DNA of 64,000 bases from an uncultured delta proteobacterium (GCA_963832165.1 CAWHTE010000003.1:416001-480000), one strand, 5' to 3'. Numbered from the stretch's first letter, positions 1 through 11,378 are shown. Notes: generated by a model not told the origin, from the sequence alone. A program made the numbers and translations.

Positions 1-2
1 CG

Positions 3-176
3 GCGATCGTCGGCGACCTGATCGAGTCGCTGCTCAAGCGCGACGCGCAGGTCAAGGACGCCGGCGCGATGCTGCCGGGGATGGGCGGTATCCTCGACCG
101 GATCGACTCGCCGCTGCTCGCGATTCCCGTGATGTACTACATGATGCTATTCACGGTGTTCCTGCGGCTCGAGTGA
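3..176 (+). CDS. cdsA: Phosphatidate cytidylyltransferase, 3' end (partial)
   Basis: Manual translation AIVGDLIESLLKRDAQVKDAGAMLPGMGGILDRIDS... matches the CdsA signature GDLxESxxKR-x4-KD-G-x3-PGxGGxLDRxDS; stop TGA at 174-176. Confidence 0.9.
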   Translation, partial: AIVGDLIESLLKRDAQVKDAGAMLPGMGGILDRIDSPLLAIPVMYYMMLFTVFLRLE

Positions 177-200
177 CGTCGGGATGGAGCAAGTCGTCAG

Positions 201-229
201 GCGCGCAGCGAGGCGAAGCCGAGCGAAGG
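201..229. repeat. REP-like short dispersed repeat, copy 1 (GCGCGCAGCGAGGCGAAGCCGAGCGAAGG)
   Basis: 28 of 29 bases match 37024-37052; intergenic between cdsA and purB. Confidence 0.7.
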
Positions 230-239
230 ATCAAAAGAC

Positions 240-1559
240 GTGATCGAGCGCTACTCACGGCCCGAGATGGTCCGGATCTTCTCCGAAGAGGGGAAGTACG
301 CGCGCTGGCTCGAGGTGGAGCTCGCGGTGTGCGAGGTGCACGCAGAACGCGGTTTGATCCCGCCCGCGGCGCTCGCGACGATCCGGGCCAAGGCCGCGGT
401 CGATCCGGCGCGCGTCGCCGAGATCGAGGAGCGCGTGCGGCACGACGTGATCGCGTTCACGACCGCGCTCGCGGAGCAGATCGGCCCCGACTCGCGCTAC
501 GTGCACTACGGACTCACGTCGAGCGACGTGCTCGACACCGCGCTCGCGCTCCAGATCCGCGATGCGGGGCGGATCCTCGCCGACGGGGTGGAGCGCCTGC
601 GCCGCGTGCTCGTGCGGCGCGCGCGCGAGTTCCAGCACACACCGTGCATCGGCCGCACCCACGGCGTCCACGCCGAGCCCACCACGTTCGGCCTCAAGCT
701 GCTCGTGTTCGGCGAGGAGATGCGCCGCCAGGGCGTGCGGCTCGGGCGCGCTCTCGATGACGCGGCGGTGGGGAAGATCTCGGGCGCCGTCGGCACGTTC
801 GCGCACCTGCCGCCCGCGGTGGAGGAGGCGGTGTGCAGCCGACTCGGGATCGGCTTCGAGCCGGCCGCCACCCAGGTGGTGCAGCGCGACCGGCACGCCG
901 CCTTCATGGGCGCGCTCGCGCTGTGCGCATCCACGTGCGAGAAGATCGCCGTCGAGTTGCGCCATCTCGCGCGCACCGAGGTGCGCGAGGTGCAGGAGGA
1001 GTTCGGCGCCGGGCAGAAGGGCTCGTCGGCAATGCCGCACAAGCGCAACCCGTGGCGGCTCGAGAACGTCTCCGGGCTCGCGCGCGTGATGCGCGGTTAT
1101 GCGTCGGCCGCGCTCGAGAACCAGGCGCTCTGGCACGAGCGCGACATCAGCAACTCGTCGGTGGAGCGCGTGATCTTCCCCGACGGGTGCGTCACGCTCG
1201 ACTTCATGCTCCACCGGCTCGCCGGGCTCGTGGAGACGCTCGTGGTGTTCCCGGATCGCATGCGCGAGAACCTCGAGCTCACGCGCGGGCTTGCGTTCAG
1301 CGGTGCGCTGCTGCTCGCACTCGCGGCGAAGAACCTGACCCGCGAGGACGCGTACGCGCGCGTGCAGAAGCACGCGATGGACACCTGGGACCACGGCGGA
1401 GACTTCCGCGAGCGCGTGCTCGCGGACGCGGAGATCACGCGCGTGCTCAGCAAAGAGGAGATCGAGCGCGCGTTCAGTCTCGACGAGGCGCTGCGCCACG
1501 TCGACGCCATCTTCGAGCGCACGCTCGCGCTCGCCGCATCCGAAGAGGAGAGTTCGTGA
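240..1559 (+). CDS. purB: Adenylosuccinate lyase
   Basis: MIERYSRPEM start, RHDVIAF, GRTHGVHAEPTTFG and the fumarate-lyase signature GSSAMPHKRNP. Confidence 0.97.
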   Translation: MIERYSRPEMVRIFSEEGKYARWLEVELAVCEVHAERGLIPPAALATIRAKAAVDPARVAEIEERVRHDVIAFTTALAEQIGPDSRYVHYGLTSSDVLDTALALQIRDAGRILADGVERLRRVLVRRAREFQHTPCIGRTHGVHAEPTTFGLKLLVFGEEMRRQGVRLGRALDDAAVGKISGAVGTFAHLPPAVEEAVCSRLGIGFEPAATQVVQRDRHAAFMGALALCASTCEKIAVELRHLARTEVREVQEEFGAGQKGSSAMPHKRNPWRLENVSGLARVMRGYASAALENQALWHERDISNSSVERVIFPDGCVTLDFMLHRLAGLVETLVVFPDRMRENLELTRGLAFSGALLLALAAKNLTREDAYARVQKHAMDTWDHGGDFRERVLADAEITRVLSKEEIERAFSLDEALRHVDAIFERTLALAASEEESS

Positions 1560-1801
1560 AGGCGCTGGTCCAGGTGATGCTGAAACCCGACGTGCTCGAT
1601 CCGCAGGGCAAGGCGATCCGCTCCGCGTGCGGTCAGCTCGGCTACCGCGCGATCGAGAGCGTGCGTCAGGGGAAGCTGTTCGAGATCGCGCTCGATGCGA
1701 GCTCCGAGGCCGAGGCGCGCCGCCTGCTCGAGGAGCTCGCGGGGAAGCTGCTCGCGAACCCCGTGATCGAGGACTACGCGATCCTCTCGATCGAGGCCTG
1801 A
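1556..1801 (+). CDS. purS: Phosphoribosylformylglycinamidine synthase subunit PurS
   Basis: GTG overlapping the purB stop (GTGA); [21 protein letters not shown]...VRQGK...[10 protein letters not shown], 81 aa. Confidence 0.95.
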   Translation: MKALVQVMLKPDVLDPQGKAIRSACGQLGYRAIESVRQGKLFEIALDASSEAEARRLLEELAGKLLANPVIEDYAILSIEA

Positions 1802-1808
1802 GGGACGC

Positions 1809-2775
1809 CTACGCGATCCCCAGATTGCGCGCGATCCGGCGCTGCGGGTCCTCGGTGTCGGGCTCGAAATCGCGCCCGGTGATCTGCTCGTACGCCTCGA
1901 TGTAGCGCCGCGACGCCTCGCAGCGCACGTCGGTCGGCAGCTCCGGCGGCGGGCCGTCGCCCTTGTAGCCCTTCTCTCCGAGCCAGCGCCGCACGTACTC
2001 CTTGTCGAGCGCTTCGGGGGCGCGTCCCTCGGAGAGCGCGCGCTCGTAGCGGTCGCGGTACCAGTAGCGCGACGAGTCGGGAGTATGGATCTCGTCGACG
2101 ACGACGAGCGTTCCGTCGGGGCGCTGCGCGATCTCGTACTTGGTGTCGACGAGGATCAGCCCGCGGCTCGCAGCCCAGCGCTGTCCCTCGGCGAACAGCG
2201 CGTGACACAAGCGCGCGGCCGCGTCGAAGGTCTCCGCGCTGAGCGTGCCGCTCGCGATGATCGAATCGCGCGAGGCGAGCTCGTCGTGCTCACCCTTGGG
2301 CGCCTTCGTGGTGGGCGTGAGCAGCGGCTCGGGCAGCGACTCGTGCGCGCGCAGTCCCTCGGGCAGCGTGTGGCCGCAGTAGCTGCGCTCGCCGCGCGCG
2401 TAGGCGGTCCAGATCGAGGTGCTTCGTGGATCCGGTCAGGTAGCCGCGCATCACGAACTCGACCAGCAGCGGCCGCAGCTCGTGCACGATCGAGACGCAC
2501 GGGTCCGGCACCGAGATCAGGTGGTTCGGCGCGATCGCGCGCGTGCGGTCGAACCAGAACGCCGCGAGCTGGTTCAGCACCTGGCCCTTGAACGGCAGCG
2601 TGCCGACCACGACGTCGAAGCAGCTCACGCGGTCGGTCACGACGATCGTGCGGCGGTCGCGCTGCACGTAGCTGTCGCGGACCTTGCCCTCTTCGCGCTG
2701 GCCCAGCGCGGTGAAGTTCGTCTGCGTGAGGGTGCGCGAACACTGGTCGCGCAGCAGTCGCGGGTCGGTGCCCAT
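1809..2775 (-). CDS. purC: SAICAR synthetase (frameshifted near 2423, probable sequencing error)
   Basis: [22 protein letters not shown] and [12 protein letters not shown] in ORF 2290-2775; [19 protein letters not shown] and LDKEYVR in ORF 1809-2210. Removing one A from ACGAAGCACC joins them as [11 protein letters not shown]. Confidence 0.92.
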
Positions 2776-2863
2776 GGGGGGAGCCTCGATTTGGGGCGGC
2801 GCGAGCCGGCTCTCTGAGTTGCGACCCCACGCCCGGGGGGTGTCTCGATGCTACAAAGCCCCG

Positions 2864-4517
2864 ATGCGCGCCGCACGCAGGCTGCCGATCGCGCTCGCCG
2901 TCGGTTTTCAACTGCTGTTTTTCGTCTCGGTGTTCGCGGGTCTCGGCGCGCCGCTCTTGTGGCAGGACGAGGCCGAGACGGCGATGTTCGGCCGAAGCGT
3001 GCTCGAGTTCGGCGTGCCGAAGATCCACGTCGGCCGCAACGTGCTCTACGGCGCGCCGCTGCCGCTCGAGCTCGGGCGCAACGAGGCGCTCGACGCCTAC
3101 GTCGGATCGCCGTGGGGCCAGTACTTCTTCGCGGCGCCCGCGGTCGCGTGGTCGGACGGGGCGACGGATCTCGCGACGCGCACCTGGCGCGTGCGCCTTC
3201 CGTTCGCGATCGCGGGCTGGCTCGGCGTGGTGATGCTCGGCGCCGTCGCTGCGAGCGTGTGGCCCGCCGCCGCGGGCGGGCGCGCGTGGTTCTGGCTCGG
3301 CTTCGGCGCGTGCCTCGTCTCGTCGGTCTCGCTCCAGCTCCATCTGCGCGAGGTCCGCTACTACCCGCTGGTCGTCTTCGCGCTCGGCGTGGTCGCGCAG
3401 CTCGAGGTGCGGCGCCACGTGCGCGGCGACCTGCCGCCGCTGCGCCACACGCTGCTGCTCGCTCCGGTGCTCTGGTGTCTCTTCGAGCTCTTCTACCCCG
3501 CGTTCGCGGCGGTGGGGGCGGTAGCGGGCGGCGCGCTCGGGTTCTCCTCTGGCGTTCGCGCGCGCCGCTGCGCCTGCGCAGCATCCGCCTTCGCGCGCGG
3601 CGCCGCTCCCTACGTGCTCGCGTGTGCGGCCGCGCTGCCGCTCGTCGCGCTGTTCCAGATCCCTGCGCAGAGCCGCTCGTTCTTCGAGTACTTCGCGGGG
3701 CCGGCCTCAGCGTTCGGGCATCAGCTCGCGTCCGCGGGGTTCTATCTGCTGCGATACGAGTTCTTCGCCCCCGTCGTGCTGGGTGCGCTCGCGCTCGCGC
3801 TCGCTCGCCGCCAGCTCGGGGCCGACGCGCGCGATCTGCGTTCCGCGTTCGCGGCGTGCGATCTCGTGCTGGCGCTCGCGCTGATCTGGACGCTCGTGAT
3901 CGCGCGCACGCCGCTGTTCTTCTCGCGCTATCTGGTGCCGCTCTCGCCGCTGCTCGCCGCTGCGTGCGTGCTCCAGGTGGGTTGTCTCGTCGCGCTGCGC
4001 CGCACCCACACCGCGCGCACGGCCACGGCCGGACTCGTTGCGGTGGCGCTGGCATGGGCCGCCTGCGCCGCGGTGCGCGTTCCCGAGCTGCGCGGCCGTC
4101 TCGGCGAACTGCGCGAGCCCTACCGCGGTCCGCTCGACCATGTGATCCCGTACCTCGCAACAGCAGCAAGGCCCCGCGAAGCTCGTGATCGCGACCAACT
4201 ACGAGGACTTCTCGTACATGTTCTATCTCGGGGCGACGACCGTGTTCGGCTATTACGCGCCCGAGCGCGAGCGCGACCTCACGTTCGTTCCCGACGTGAT
4301 CATCCCGCGGCCATGGCCGCGGAACCTGCGCGCGCTCGAGCATCTTGCGAGCCAGAGCTCCTACGCGCCGCGCGGATTTCCGGTCGCGAACACGCGCGTC
4401 AACAACCTGCCCGAGCTGTCCCCGCGCAATCAGGCCCAGCTCGTCCACCGCTTCCGCTCTCCGGAGCCCGGCGTGGACGGCGCGGCCCTCTTGATCGGCG
4501 AGCGGCAAAAGCCTTGA
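2864..4517 (+). CDS. Polytopic membrane glycosyltransferase (GT-C/ArnT-like), frameshifted near 4160-4185
   Basis: TM helix followed by LWQDEAETA (DE motif of GT-C enzymes), REVRYY and many hydrophobic segments; the C-terminal part continues in ORF 4185-4517 (IATNYEDFSYMFYL). Confidence 0.6.
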
Positions 4518-4619
4518 GCGGGTAGACTCCGCGCGTCCCCGCACAGCCGTATTTTTCTCCTTGCTCGAGCGGGCGGCCCCCCGCCGCCGGACGCGCCTGC
4601 GTTCGAGGATTCCGCCGCA

Positions 4620-5319
4620 ATGTTCTCCGTCATCCAATTGCCGGGGTCGAACGACGACCGCGACCTCCGCTTCGCCCTGAAGTCGGTGCTCGGAGCGGAA
4701 GCGCGCCTGGTCTGGCACAAGGAGCCCGCGCTGCCCGCGGACACCGCGGGCGTGCTGGTTCCGGGCGGCTTCTCGTATGGCGATTACCTGCGCTGTGGTG
4801 CGATGGCGCGCTTCTCGCCGATCATGGCCGACGTCCGGCGCTTCGCCGACGCGGGCGGGCCCGTCCTCGGGATCTGCAACGGCTTCCAGATCCTGTGCGA
4901 GGCGGGGCTGTTGCCCGGGGCGCTCGTGCGCAACCACCACCTCCATTTCGTATGCGACTTCGTGAGGGTTCGCGTCGAGCACGCGCGCGCTCCATTCACC
5001 TCGCGCGCCGCGGTGGGCCGCGTGCTGCGCCTGCCGATCAAGCATGGCGAGGGCGCGTACCATGCCTCGCCCGAGCGGCTCGCCGAACTCGAGCGCCGCG
5101 GGCAGGTGGTGCTGCGCTACGTCGACGCGGCAGGGCAGGCCACCGAGGCGGCGAATCCCAACGGCAGCCTCGCGAACATCGCGGGCGTCACCAATGAGCG
5201 CGGCAACGTGATGGGCCTGATGCCACACCCCGAGCACGCGGTCGAGCCGGGCGTCGGCGGCGAGGACGGCCAGGCACTGCTCGGCTCGCTCGTCGACTTC
5301 TGCCGGAGGGCAGCAGTGA
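4620..5319 (+). CDS. purQ: Phosphoribosylformylglycinamidine synthase subunit PurQ (reads in frame into purL in this sequence)
   Basis: [18 protein letters not shown], catalytic GICNGFQ, HGEG, NPNGS and GLMPHPE motifs. Confidence 0.93.
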
Positions 5320-7565
5320 AGGAGATCGTCGAACCGCGCGTCGATCTCGCGCTCGCGCGCGAGCACGGCCTCACCGACGCCGAGTACGCGCAGGTCGAGC
5401 GGATCCTCGGCCGCACGCCGACCTACTCCGAGCTCGGGATCTTCTCGGTGATGTGGTCGGAGCACTGCTCGTACAAGTCGAGCAAGAAGTACCTGAAGCG
5501 CCTCCCCACGCAGGGTCCGCAGGTTCTCCAGGGGCCCGGCGAGAACGCGGGCGTGGTGGCGATCGGCGACGGGCTCGCGGTCGTGTTCAAGATCGAGAGC
5601 CACAACCATCCCTCGTTCATCGAGCCGCGCCAGGGAGCGGCCACGGGCGTCGGCGGCATCCTGCGCGACGTATTCACGATGGGCGCGCGCCCGATCGCAT
5701 CGCTCGACTCGCTGCGCTTCGGCCCGCTCGACGATCCGCTGCACCAGTACCTGTTGCGCGGCGTGGTGGATGGGATCGGTGGCTACGGCAATCCCGTCGG
5801 CGTTGCGACCGTGGGCGGCGAGACGACGTTCCACGAGTGCTACCGCGGCAACATCCTCGTCAACGCGTTCAACCTCGGCGTGGTCGAAACCGACCGCGTG
5901 TTCCTCGCCAAGGCCGCCGGCATCGGCAACCCGGTGATCTACGTCGGCAGCAAGACCGGCCGCGACGGGATCCACGGCGCGAGCCTGCTCGCGTCGGCCG
6001 AGTTCGACGACGAGAGCGAGGCGAAGCGGCCGACCGTGCAGGTCGGCGATCCGTTCACGGAGAAGTGCCTGATCGAGGCGTGTCTCGAGCTCATGCGCAC
6101 CGACGCGATCATCGGCATCCAGGACATGGGCGCCGCGGGGCTCACCTGCTCGTCGTTCGAGATGGCGAGCAACGCGGGCACCGGCATCGAGCTCGATCTC
6201 GATCGCGTTCCGCAGCGCGAAACCGGCATGACTCCGTACGAGCTGCTGCTCTCGGAGAGCCAGGAGCGCATGCTGCTCGTCGCGCACGCGGGCCGCGAGC
6301 GCGAGGTCCAGGAGATCTTCGAGCGCTGGGACCTCGACGCGGTGGTGGTCGGGCGCGTCACCGACGACGGCCGCATGCGGATCCGCTGGCACGGTCATCA
6401 GGTGGTGGACATCCCGGTCGCGCCGGTCGCCGGCTCGAGCCCGGAGCTCGATCGGCCCGTGCGCGAGCCCGCCGATCGGCTCGAGCGCCAGAAGCTCGAC
6501 GCGGCCGGAATCGCGCCCGAAGCCGACCTGCCGGGCGCGCTGCGCGCTCTGCTCGACACGCCGAACCTCGGCTCGAAGCGCTGGCTCTACCGGCAATACG
6601 ATCAGCTCGTGCAGGGCAACACCGTGATCGGGCCCGGCGGCGACGCGGCGCTCGTGCGCATCAAACGCGAGGACGGCACTGCGACGGACAAGGCCGTGGC
6701 GCTGTCGGTCGACTGCAATCCGCGCTGGTGCTGGCTCGATCCGTACGCGGGCACGGTCGCGGCGGTGGCCGAGGCCGTGCGCAACGTCGCGTGCACGGGG
6801 GCGCGCCCGCTCGCGCTCACGAACTGCCTGAATTTCGGCAGCCCCGAGCGGCCCGAGATCATGTGGGAGTTCGCAGAGGCGACGCGCGGGCTCGGCGACG
6901 CGGCCAGCGCGCTCGGTACGCCCGTCGTGTCGGGAAACGTCTCGTTCTACAACGAGACGAAGGGCACGGCGATCTATCCGACGCCGACGATCGCCGCGGT
7001 GGGCGTGCTCGAAGACTGGCGCCGCCACGCCACCGCGCACTTCGCGACGTCCGGTACCGCGGTGGTGCTGCTGGGCGAGAGCCGCGCGGAGCTCGGCGGC
7101 AGCGAATGGCTGGTGGTGCGGCGCGGACTCGAGCGCGGCGTGCCGCCCGAGGTGGACCTCGATCACGAGCGGCGCCTCGCGGATCTGCTCGTGGAAGGCG
7201 TCGCGGCGGGTCTCGTCGCGACCGCCCACGACGTCTCCGACGGCGGCCTCGCGGTGGCGCTCGCGGAGTGCTGCTTCACGGGACCCGAGCACGTCGGCGC
7301 GCGCATCGAGCTCGTCGACTCGCTGCGACCCGACGCGCTCGTGTTCGGAGAGTCGACCGGGCGCGTGATCGCGGCGACGTCGGACGCGCCGCGCCTGCTC
7401 GCGCTCGCGGCCCGCCACGGCATAAGGGCGTGTCGGGTCGGGACCACGGGCGGTGATCGGCTGCGGATCGGACCGCCGGGCGAGCAGCCCTGGATCGACG
7501 AGTCGGTCGGTGCGCTGCACGCGCTCTGGTCGGGCGCTATTCCGCGGCGCCTGCGAGAGGGGTGA
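5316..7565 (+). CDS. purL: Phosphoribosylformylglycinamidine synthase subunit PurL (small type)
   Basis: [47 protein letters not shown] and [12 protein letters not shown] at 5316 preceded by GGAGG. Confidence 0.95.
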   Translation: MKEIVEPRVDLALAREHGLTDAEYAQVERILGRTPTYSELGIFSVMWSEHCSYKSSKKYLKRLPTQGPQVLQGPGENAGVVAIGDGLAVVFKIESHNHPSFIEPRQGAATGVGGILRDVFTMGARPIASLDSLRFGPLDDPLHQYLLRGVVDGIGGYGNPVGVATVGGETTFHECYRGNILVNAFNLGVVETDRVFLAKAAGIGNPVIYVGSKTGRDGIHGASLLASAEFDDESEAKRPTVQVGDPFTEKCLIEACLELMRTDAIIGIQDMGAAGLTCSSFEMASNAGTGIELDLDRVPQRETGMTPYELLLSESQERMLLVAHAGREREVQEIFERWDLDAVVVGRVTDDGRMRIRWHGHQVVDIPVAPVAGSSPELDRPVREPADRLERQKLDAAGIAPEADLPGALRALLDTPNLGSKRWLYRQYDQLVQGNTVIGPGGDAALVRIKREDGTATDKAVALSVDCNPRWCWLDPYAGTVAAVAEAVRNVACTGARPLALTNCLNFGSPERPEIMWEFAEATRGLGDAASALGTPVVSGNVSFYNETKGTAIYPTPTIAAVGVLEDWRRHATAHFATSGTAVVLLGESRAELGGSEWLVVRRGLERGVPPEVDLDHERRLADLLVEGVAAGLVATAHDVSDGGLAVALAECCFTGPEHVGARIELVDSLRPDALVFGESTGRVIAATSDAPRLLALAARHGIRACRVGTTGGDRLRIGPPGEQPWIDESVGALHALWSGAIPRRLREG

Positions 7566-7578
7566 TCCTGTGACAGAG

Positions 7579-9042
7579 ATGACACGCGAAGAGCTCGCGA
7601 TGCTCGTGGAGGCGCATCTCGACGACCACTTCCACGACGAGTGCGGTGTGGTCGGCGTGTACGGCCACCCCGAGGCGGCCAAGATCGCGTACCTCGGGCT
7701 GTACGCGCTGCAGCACCGCGGCCAGGAGAGCGCCGGCATCGTCTCGAATCCGGGCGCGCATCGGCCTCAGGCCGTGCACCGCGGCATGGGCCTGGTCGCC
7801 GACGTATTCCACGAGCGGATCCTCGAGGAGCTCGAGGGCCGCAACGCGATCGGGCATGTGCGCTATTCGACCGCAGGGGGCAGCTCGCTCGTCAACGCGC
7901 AGCCGTTCTGCGCCACCACCGACGCGGGGCCGATCGCGATCGCGCACAACGGCAACCTCGTCAACTTCCTGCCGATCCGGCGCGAGCTCGAGGCGCGCGG
8001 CGCGATCTTCTCGACCACGGCCGACAGCGAGGTGATCGTGCAGCTGCTGGCGCGCTCGCGCGAGCAGCTGCCCGAGGAGCGGCTGATCGACGCGCTCTCG
8101 CGCCTGAAGGGCGCATGGAGCCTCGTGATGATGGCCGGCGACGCGATGATCGCGGCGCGCGATCCGCGCGGCTTCCGGCCGCTCTCGCTCGGTCGGCTCG
8201 AGGGTGGCTGGGTGTTCGCGAGCGAGACCTGTGCGCTCGACCTGATCGGCGCGACCCACGAGCGCGACGTCGAGCCGGGCGAGGTGGTGGTGATCCGGCG
8301 CGGGCGGCTGCGCAGCCTGCGCCCGTTCCGCGCCGAGCGCGAGACGTTCTGCATCTTCGAGCACATCTACTTCGCGCGGCCCGACTCGAACCTGAACGGA
8401 CACAACGTGTACGAGTTCCGCAAGGAGCTCGGCCGCACGCTCGCGCGAGAGCATCCCGTGGCCGCCGACGTGGTGGTGCCCGTGCTCGACTCGGGCAACT
8501 TCGCGGCGCTCGGCTTCGCCGAGGAATCCGGGATCCCGTACGAGCAGGCACTGATCCGCAACCACTACGTGCGGCGGACGTTCATCGAGCCCACGCAGTC
8601 GATCCGCCACTTCGGCGTCAAGGTGAAGCACAACGCGGTGCGCGGAGCGCTCGAGGGAAAGCGCGTCGTGCTGGTCGACGATTCGATCGTGCGCGGCACC
8701 ACGCTCACGAAGATCGTGAACATGATCCGCGCCGCGGGCGCGCGCGAGGTGCACCTGCGGGTCTCCTCGCCGCCCACGATCGGCCCGTGCCACTACGGCA
8801 TCGATACGCCGACGCGCGAGGAGCTGATCGCGCACCAGCACAGCACCGAAGAGATCCGCGCGATCATGGGCGCCGATTCGCTCGGCTACCTCACGCTCGA
8901 GGGACTGCGCCGCTGCGGAACGCGCCTCAAGCACGGCTTCTGCGACGCGTGCTTCTCCGACGAGTACCCGGTGGAGCCCGCCGAGGAGGGGCCGACTCCG
9001 CAGCTCTCGCTGTTCCGGCCGGTGGGCCCCGACGATGTCTGA
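7579..9042 (+). CDS. purF: Amidophosphoribosyltransferase
   Basis: Propeptide then CGVVG N-terminal nucleophile, LQHRGQESAGI, GHVRYSTAG, PRT motif VLVDDSIVRGTT and C-terminal CDAC; start 7570 or 7579. Confidence 0.97.
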   Translation: MTREELAMLVEAHLDDHFHDECGVVGVYGHPEAAKIAYLGLYALQHRGQESAGIVSNPGAHRPQAVHRGMGLVADVFHERILEELEGRNAIGHVRYSTAGGSSLVNAQPFCATTDAGPIAIAHNGNLVNFLPIRRELEARGAIFSTTADSEVIVQLLARSREQLPEERLIDALSRLKGAWSLVMMAGDAMIAARDPRGFRPLSLGRLEGGWVFASETCALDLIGATHERDVEPGEVVVIRRGRLRSLRPFRAERETFCIFEHIYFARPDSNLNGHNVYEFRKELGRTLAREHPVAADVVVPVLDSGNFAALGFAEESGIPYEQALIRNHYVRRTFIEPTQSIRHFGVKVKHNAVRGALEGKRVVLVDDSIVRGTTLTKIVNMIRAAGAREVHLRVSSPPTIGPCHYGIDTPTREELIAHQHSTEEIRAIMGADSLGYLTLEGLRRCGTRLKHGFCDACFSDEYPVEPAEEGPTPQLSLFRPVGPDDV

Positions 9043-10423
9043 GCCGGGGCGAGGTCGGCTCGACCTCGCGGACCTCGCACGCGCCGCAGGCGAGGGGAAC
9101 ATCCACACGGTCGTCACCGCGCTGCCGGACCTGTTCGGCCGGCTCGTGGGCAAGCGGATCAACGTGCGCTTCTTCCTCGACACGATCGCCGAGGGCGGCA
9201 TGCACGTGTGCGACTACCTGCTCGCGTGCGACATGGAGATGGATCCCACTCCCGGCTACGCGTTCGCGAACTGGGAGAGCGGCTACGGCGACCTCCACCT
9301 GGTGCCCGACCTCGGCACGCTGCGGCGCGCGGCCTGGCTCGAGGGGACCGCGATCGTGCTCTGCGACGCGTTCGCGGAGGACGGCACGCCGACCGAAATC
9401 TCGCCGCGTCGGATCCTGCAGCGGCAGCTCGAGCGGCTAGCGCAGCGCGGCCTCGTCGCGAAGATGGGCAGCGAGCTCGAGTTCTTCCTGCTGCGCGACG
9501 ACTACGCGGGCGCGGCCGCTAAAGGCTATCGCCATCTCGTGCCGACCCAGCACTACGTCGAGGACTACCACATCCTGTCGAGCACGCGCGTCGAGGACGT
9601 GATCGGCGCGATCCGCGCCCACGCCGACGCGTCGGCGATCGACGTCGAGTTCAGCAAGGGCGAGTGGGGGCCCGGGCAGCACGAGATCAACCTGCGCTAC
9701 GCCGAGGCACTCGAGATGGCCGACCGCCACGTGCTGTACAAGCTCGCGGCGAAGGAGATCGCGGCGCAGGCGGGTCGCGCGCTCACGTTCATGGCGAAAT
9801 ACGACGAGTCGCTCGCGGGCAGCAGCCTGCACGTGCACTCGAGCCTGTGGACGGAAGGCGATCGAAGCGCGTTCGCGGGCGACCGCCCGCTCGCGGGCAC
9901 GCGCGTGACCAGCTCGGACGCGTTCCGCCACTTCCTGGGTGGCCAGCTCGCGCACGCGCGCGAGGTGGCGCTCTTGTTCGCGCCCAATCCGAACTCCTAC
10001 AAGCGCTATCGCGCCGGCACGTTTGCGCCCACGCGGATCGCCTGGAGCTACGACAACCGCACGGTCGGATTCCGCGTGGTGGGCGAGGACGCCTCGCTGC
10101 GCGTCGAGTGCCGGATTCCGGGTGCCGACGCGAATCCCTATCTCGTGTACGCGGGGCTGCTCGCCGCGGGGATCGACGGGATCGAGAACGGGATCGAGCC
10201 GGGGCCCGCGTTCGCGGGCGACGCCTATGGCTCACAGGATCTGCCCCAGGTGCCCGGCACATTGCCCGAGGCCGCGCGCGCCTTCGAGGAGAGTCCGTTC
10301 GTGCGCCGCGCGTTCGGCGACGCGGTGACCGAACATCTGCTCCACTTCGCGCGCACCGAGCAGCGCCAGATCGACACGCGCGTCTCCGACGTGGAGCGCG
10401 CGCGCTATTTCGAGAGGATCTGA
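9035..10423 (+). CDS. Glutamine synthetase family protein (gamma-glutamyl-amine ligase type)
   Basis: GRLVGKR, ELEFFL, EWGPGQHEINL, TFMAK, GSSLHVHSSL, NSYKR, DNRT and RVECRIPGADANPY. Confidence 0.88.
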   Translation: MSEPGRGRLDLADLARAAGEGNIHTVVTALPDLFGRLVGKRINVRFFLDTIAEGGMHVCDYLLACDMEMDPTPGYAFANWESGYGDLHLVPDLGTLRRAAWLEGTAIVLCDAFAEDGTPTEISPRRILQRQLERLAQRGLVAKMGSELEFFLLRDDYAGAAAKGYRHLVPTQHYVEDYHILSSTRVEDVIGAIRAHADASAIDVEFSKGEWGPGQHEINLRYAEALEMADRHVLYKLAAKEIAAQAGRALTFMAKYDESLAGSSLHVHSSLWTEGDRSAFAGDRPLAGTRVTSSDAFRHFLGGQLAHAREVALLFAPNPNSYKRYRAGTFAPTRIAWSYDNRTVGFRVVGEDASLRVECRIPGADANPYLVYAGLLAAGIDGIENGIEPGPAFAGDAYGSQDLPQVPGTLPEAARAFEESPFVRRAFGDAVTEHLLHFARTEQRQIDTRVSDVERARYFERI

Positions 10424-11208
10424 TGCCCGGGCAGGGAAGGCTCGAGGGGCGCACCGCGCTGATCACGGGCGCCGGCAGCGGGATCGGCCGCGAGACCGCG
10501 ATTCTCTTCGCGGGCGAGGGTGCGAACGTGGTGGTCGCGGATCGAGACGCCGAGGGCGCGCGTACCACTGTCGCCGCGATCACGGGGGCGGGCGGCCGTG
10601 CGCACGCGGTGTCCGTCGACGTCTCGCAGGCGGCCGCCGTGGCAGCGGCCGTCGCGGAAGCGGAGCGCACCTACGGCGCGCTGCACGTGCTGTTCAACAA
10701 CGCGGGGATCTTCCCCGATGAGGACGGGCTTCCCGTCGACACCCCGGAATCGGTCTGGGAGCGCGTGATCGACGTGAATCTCAAGGGTGTGTTCCTGGGC
10801 TGCAAGTACGGAATTCCGGCGCTCCTGCGCGCGGGCGGCGGCTCGATCATCAACACCGCGTCGTTCGTCGCGGTGGTGGGCGCGGCCACCGCGCAAATCG
10901 CCTACACGGCGAGCAAGGGCGGCGTGCTCGCGATGACGCGCGAGATCGCGGTGGCGTACGCAAAGCAGGGGATCCGCGCCAACGCGCTGTGTCCGGGGCC
11001 CGTCGACACTCCGCTGCTCCAGCAGCTGCTCGCGGATCCGGTGGCGCGTGCGCGGCGCCTCGTGCACGTGCCGATGGGCCGCCTCGCGCAGGCGGGTGAG
11101 ATTGCGCGCGCCGCGCTATTTCTCGCCTCGGCCGAGTCGTCCTACGTGAACGGCGCGACCTTCCTCGTCGACGGCGGCATCACGGCCGCCTACGTAACGG
11201 CGGAATAG
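10423..11208 (+). CDS. Short-chain dehydrogenase/reductase
   Basis: TGAGSGIG, NNAGI, YTASK and NALCPGPVDT; TGATG coupling to the upstream gene. Confidence 0.9.
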   Translation: MPGQGRLEGRTALITGAGSGIGRETAILFAGEGANVVVADRDAEGARTTVAAITGAGGRAHAVSVDVSQAAAVAAAVAEAERTYGALHVLFNNAGIFPDEDGLPVDTPESVWERVIDVNLKGVFLGCKYGIPALLRAGGGSIINTASFVAVVGAATAQIAYTASKGGVLAMTREIAVAYAKQGIRANALCPGPVDTPLLQQLLADPVARARRLVHVPMGRLAQAGEIARAALFLASAESSYVNGATFLVDGGITAAYVTAE

Positions 11209-11378
11209 GGCGAGTTAGGCCGGTACCGTCGGGGAAACGCCGACAGCAGTCGGGCCCGGATTGGGTCGATTCACCCATGCCGCGAGCCGCTTCGCGCCAA
11301 TAATCCCGTCGACCGTCAGGAGCGAGTGTAGGATGCGACCTGGCTTTTGGTCGACCGGAATTCCGGGGAGGAGGAGCC

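Noticed and set aside
2637..7739. 1700-aa minus-strand ORF and many other long Arg/Ala-rich ORFs
   Set aside because: Antisense or alternate-frame shadows of real genes, expected at high GC; no recognisable motifs.
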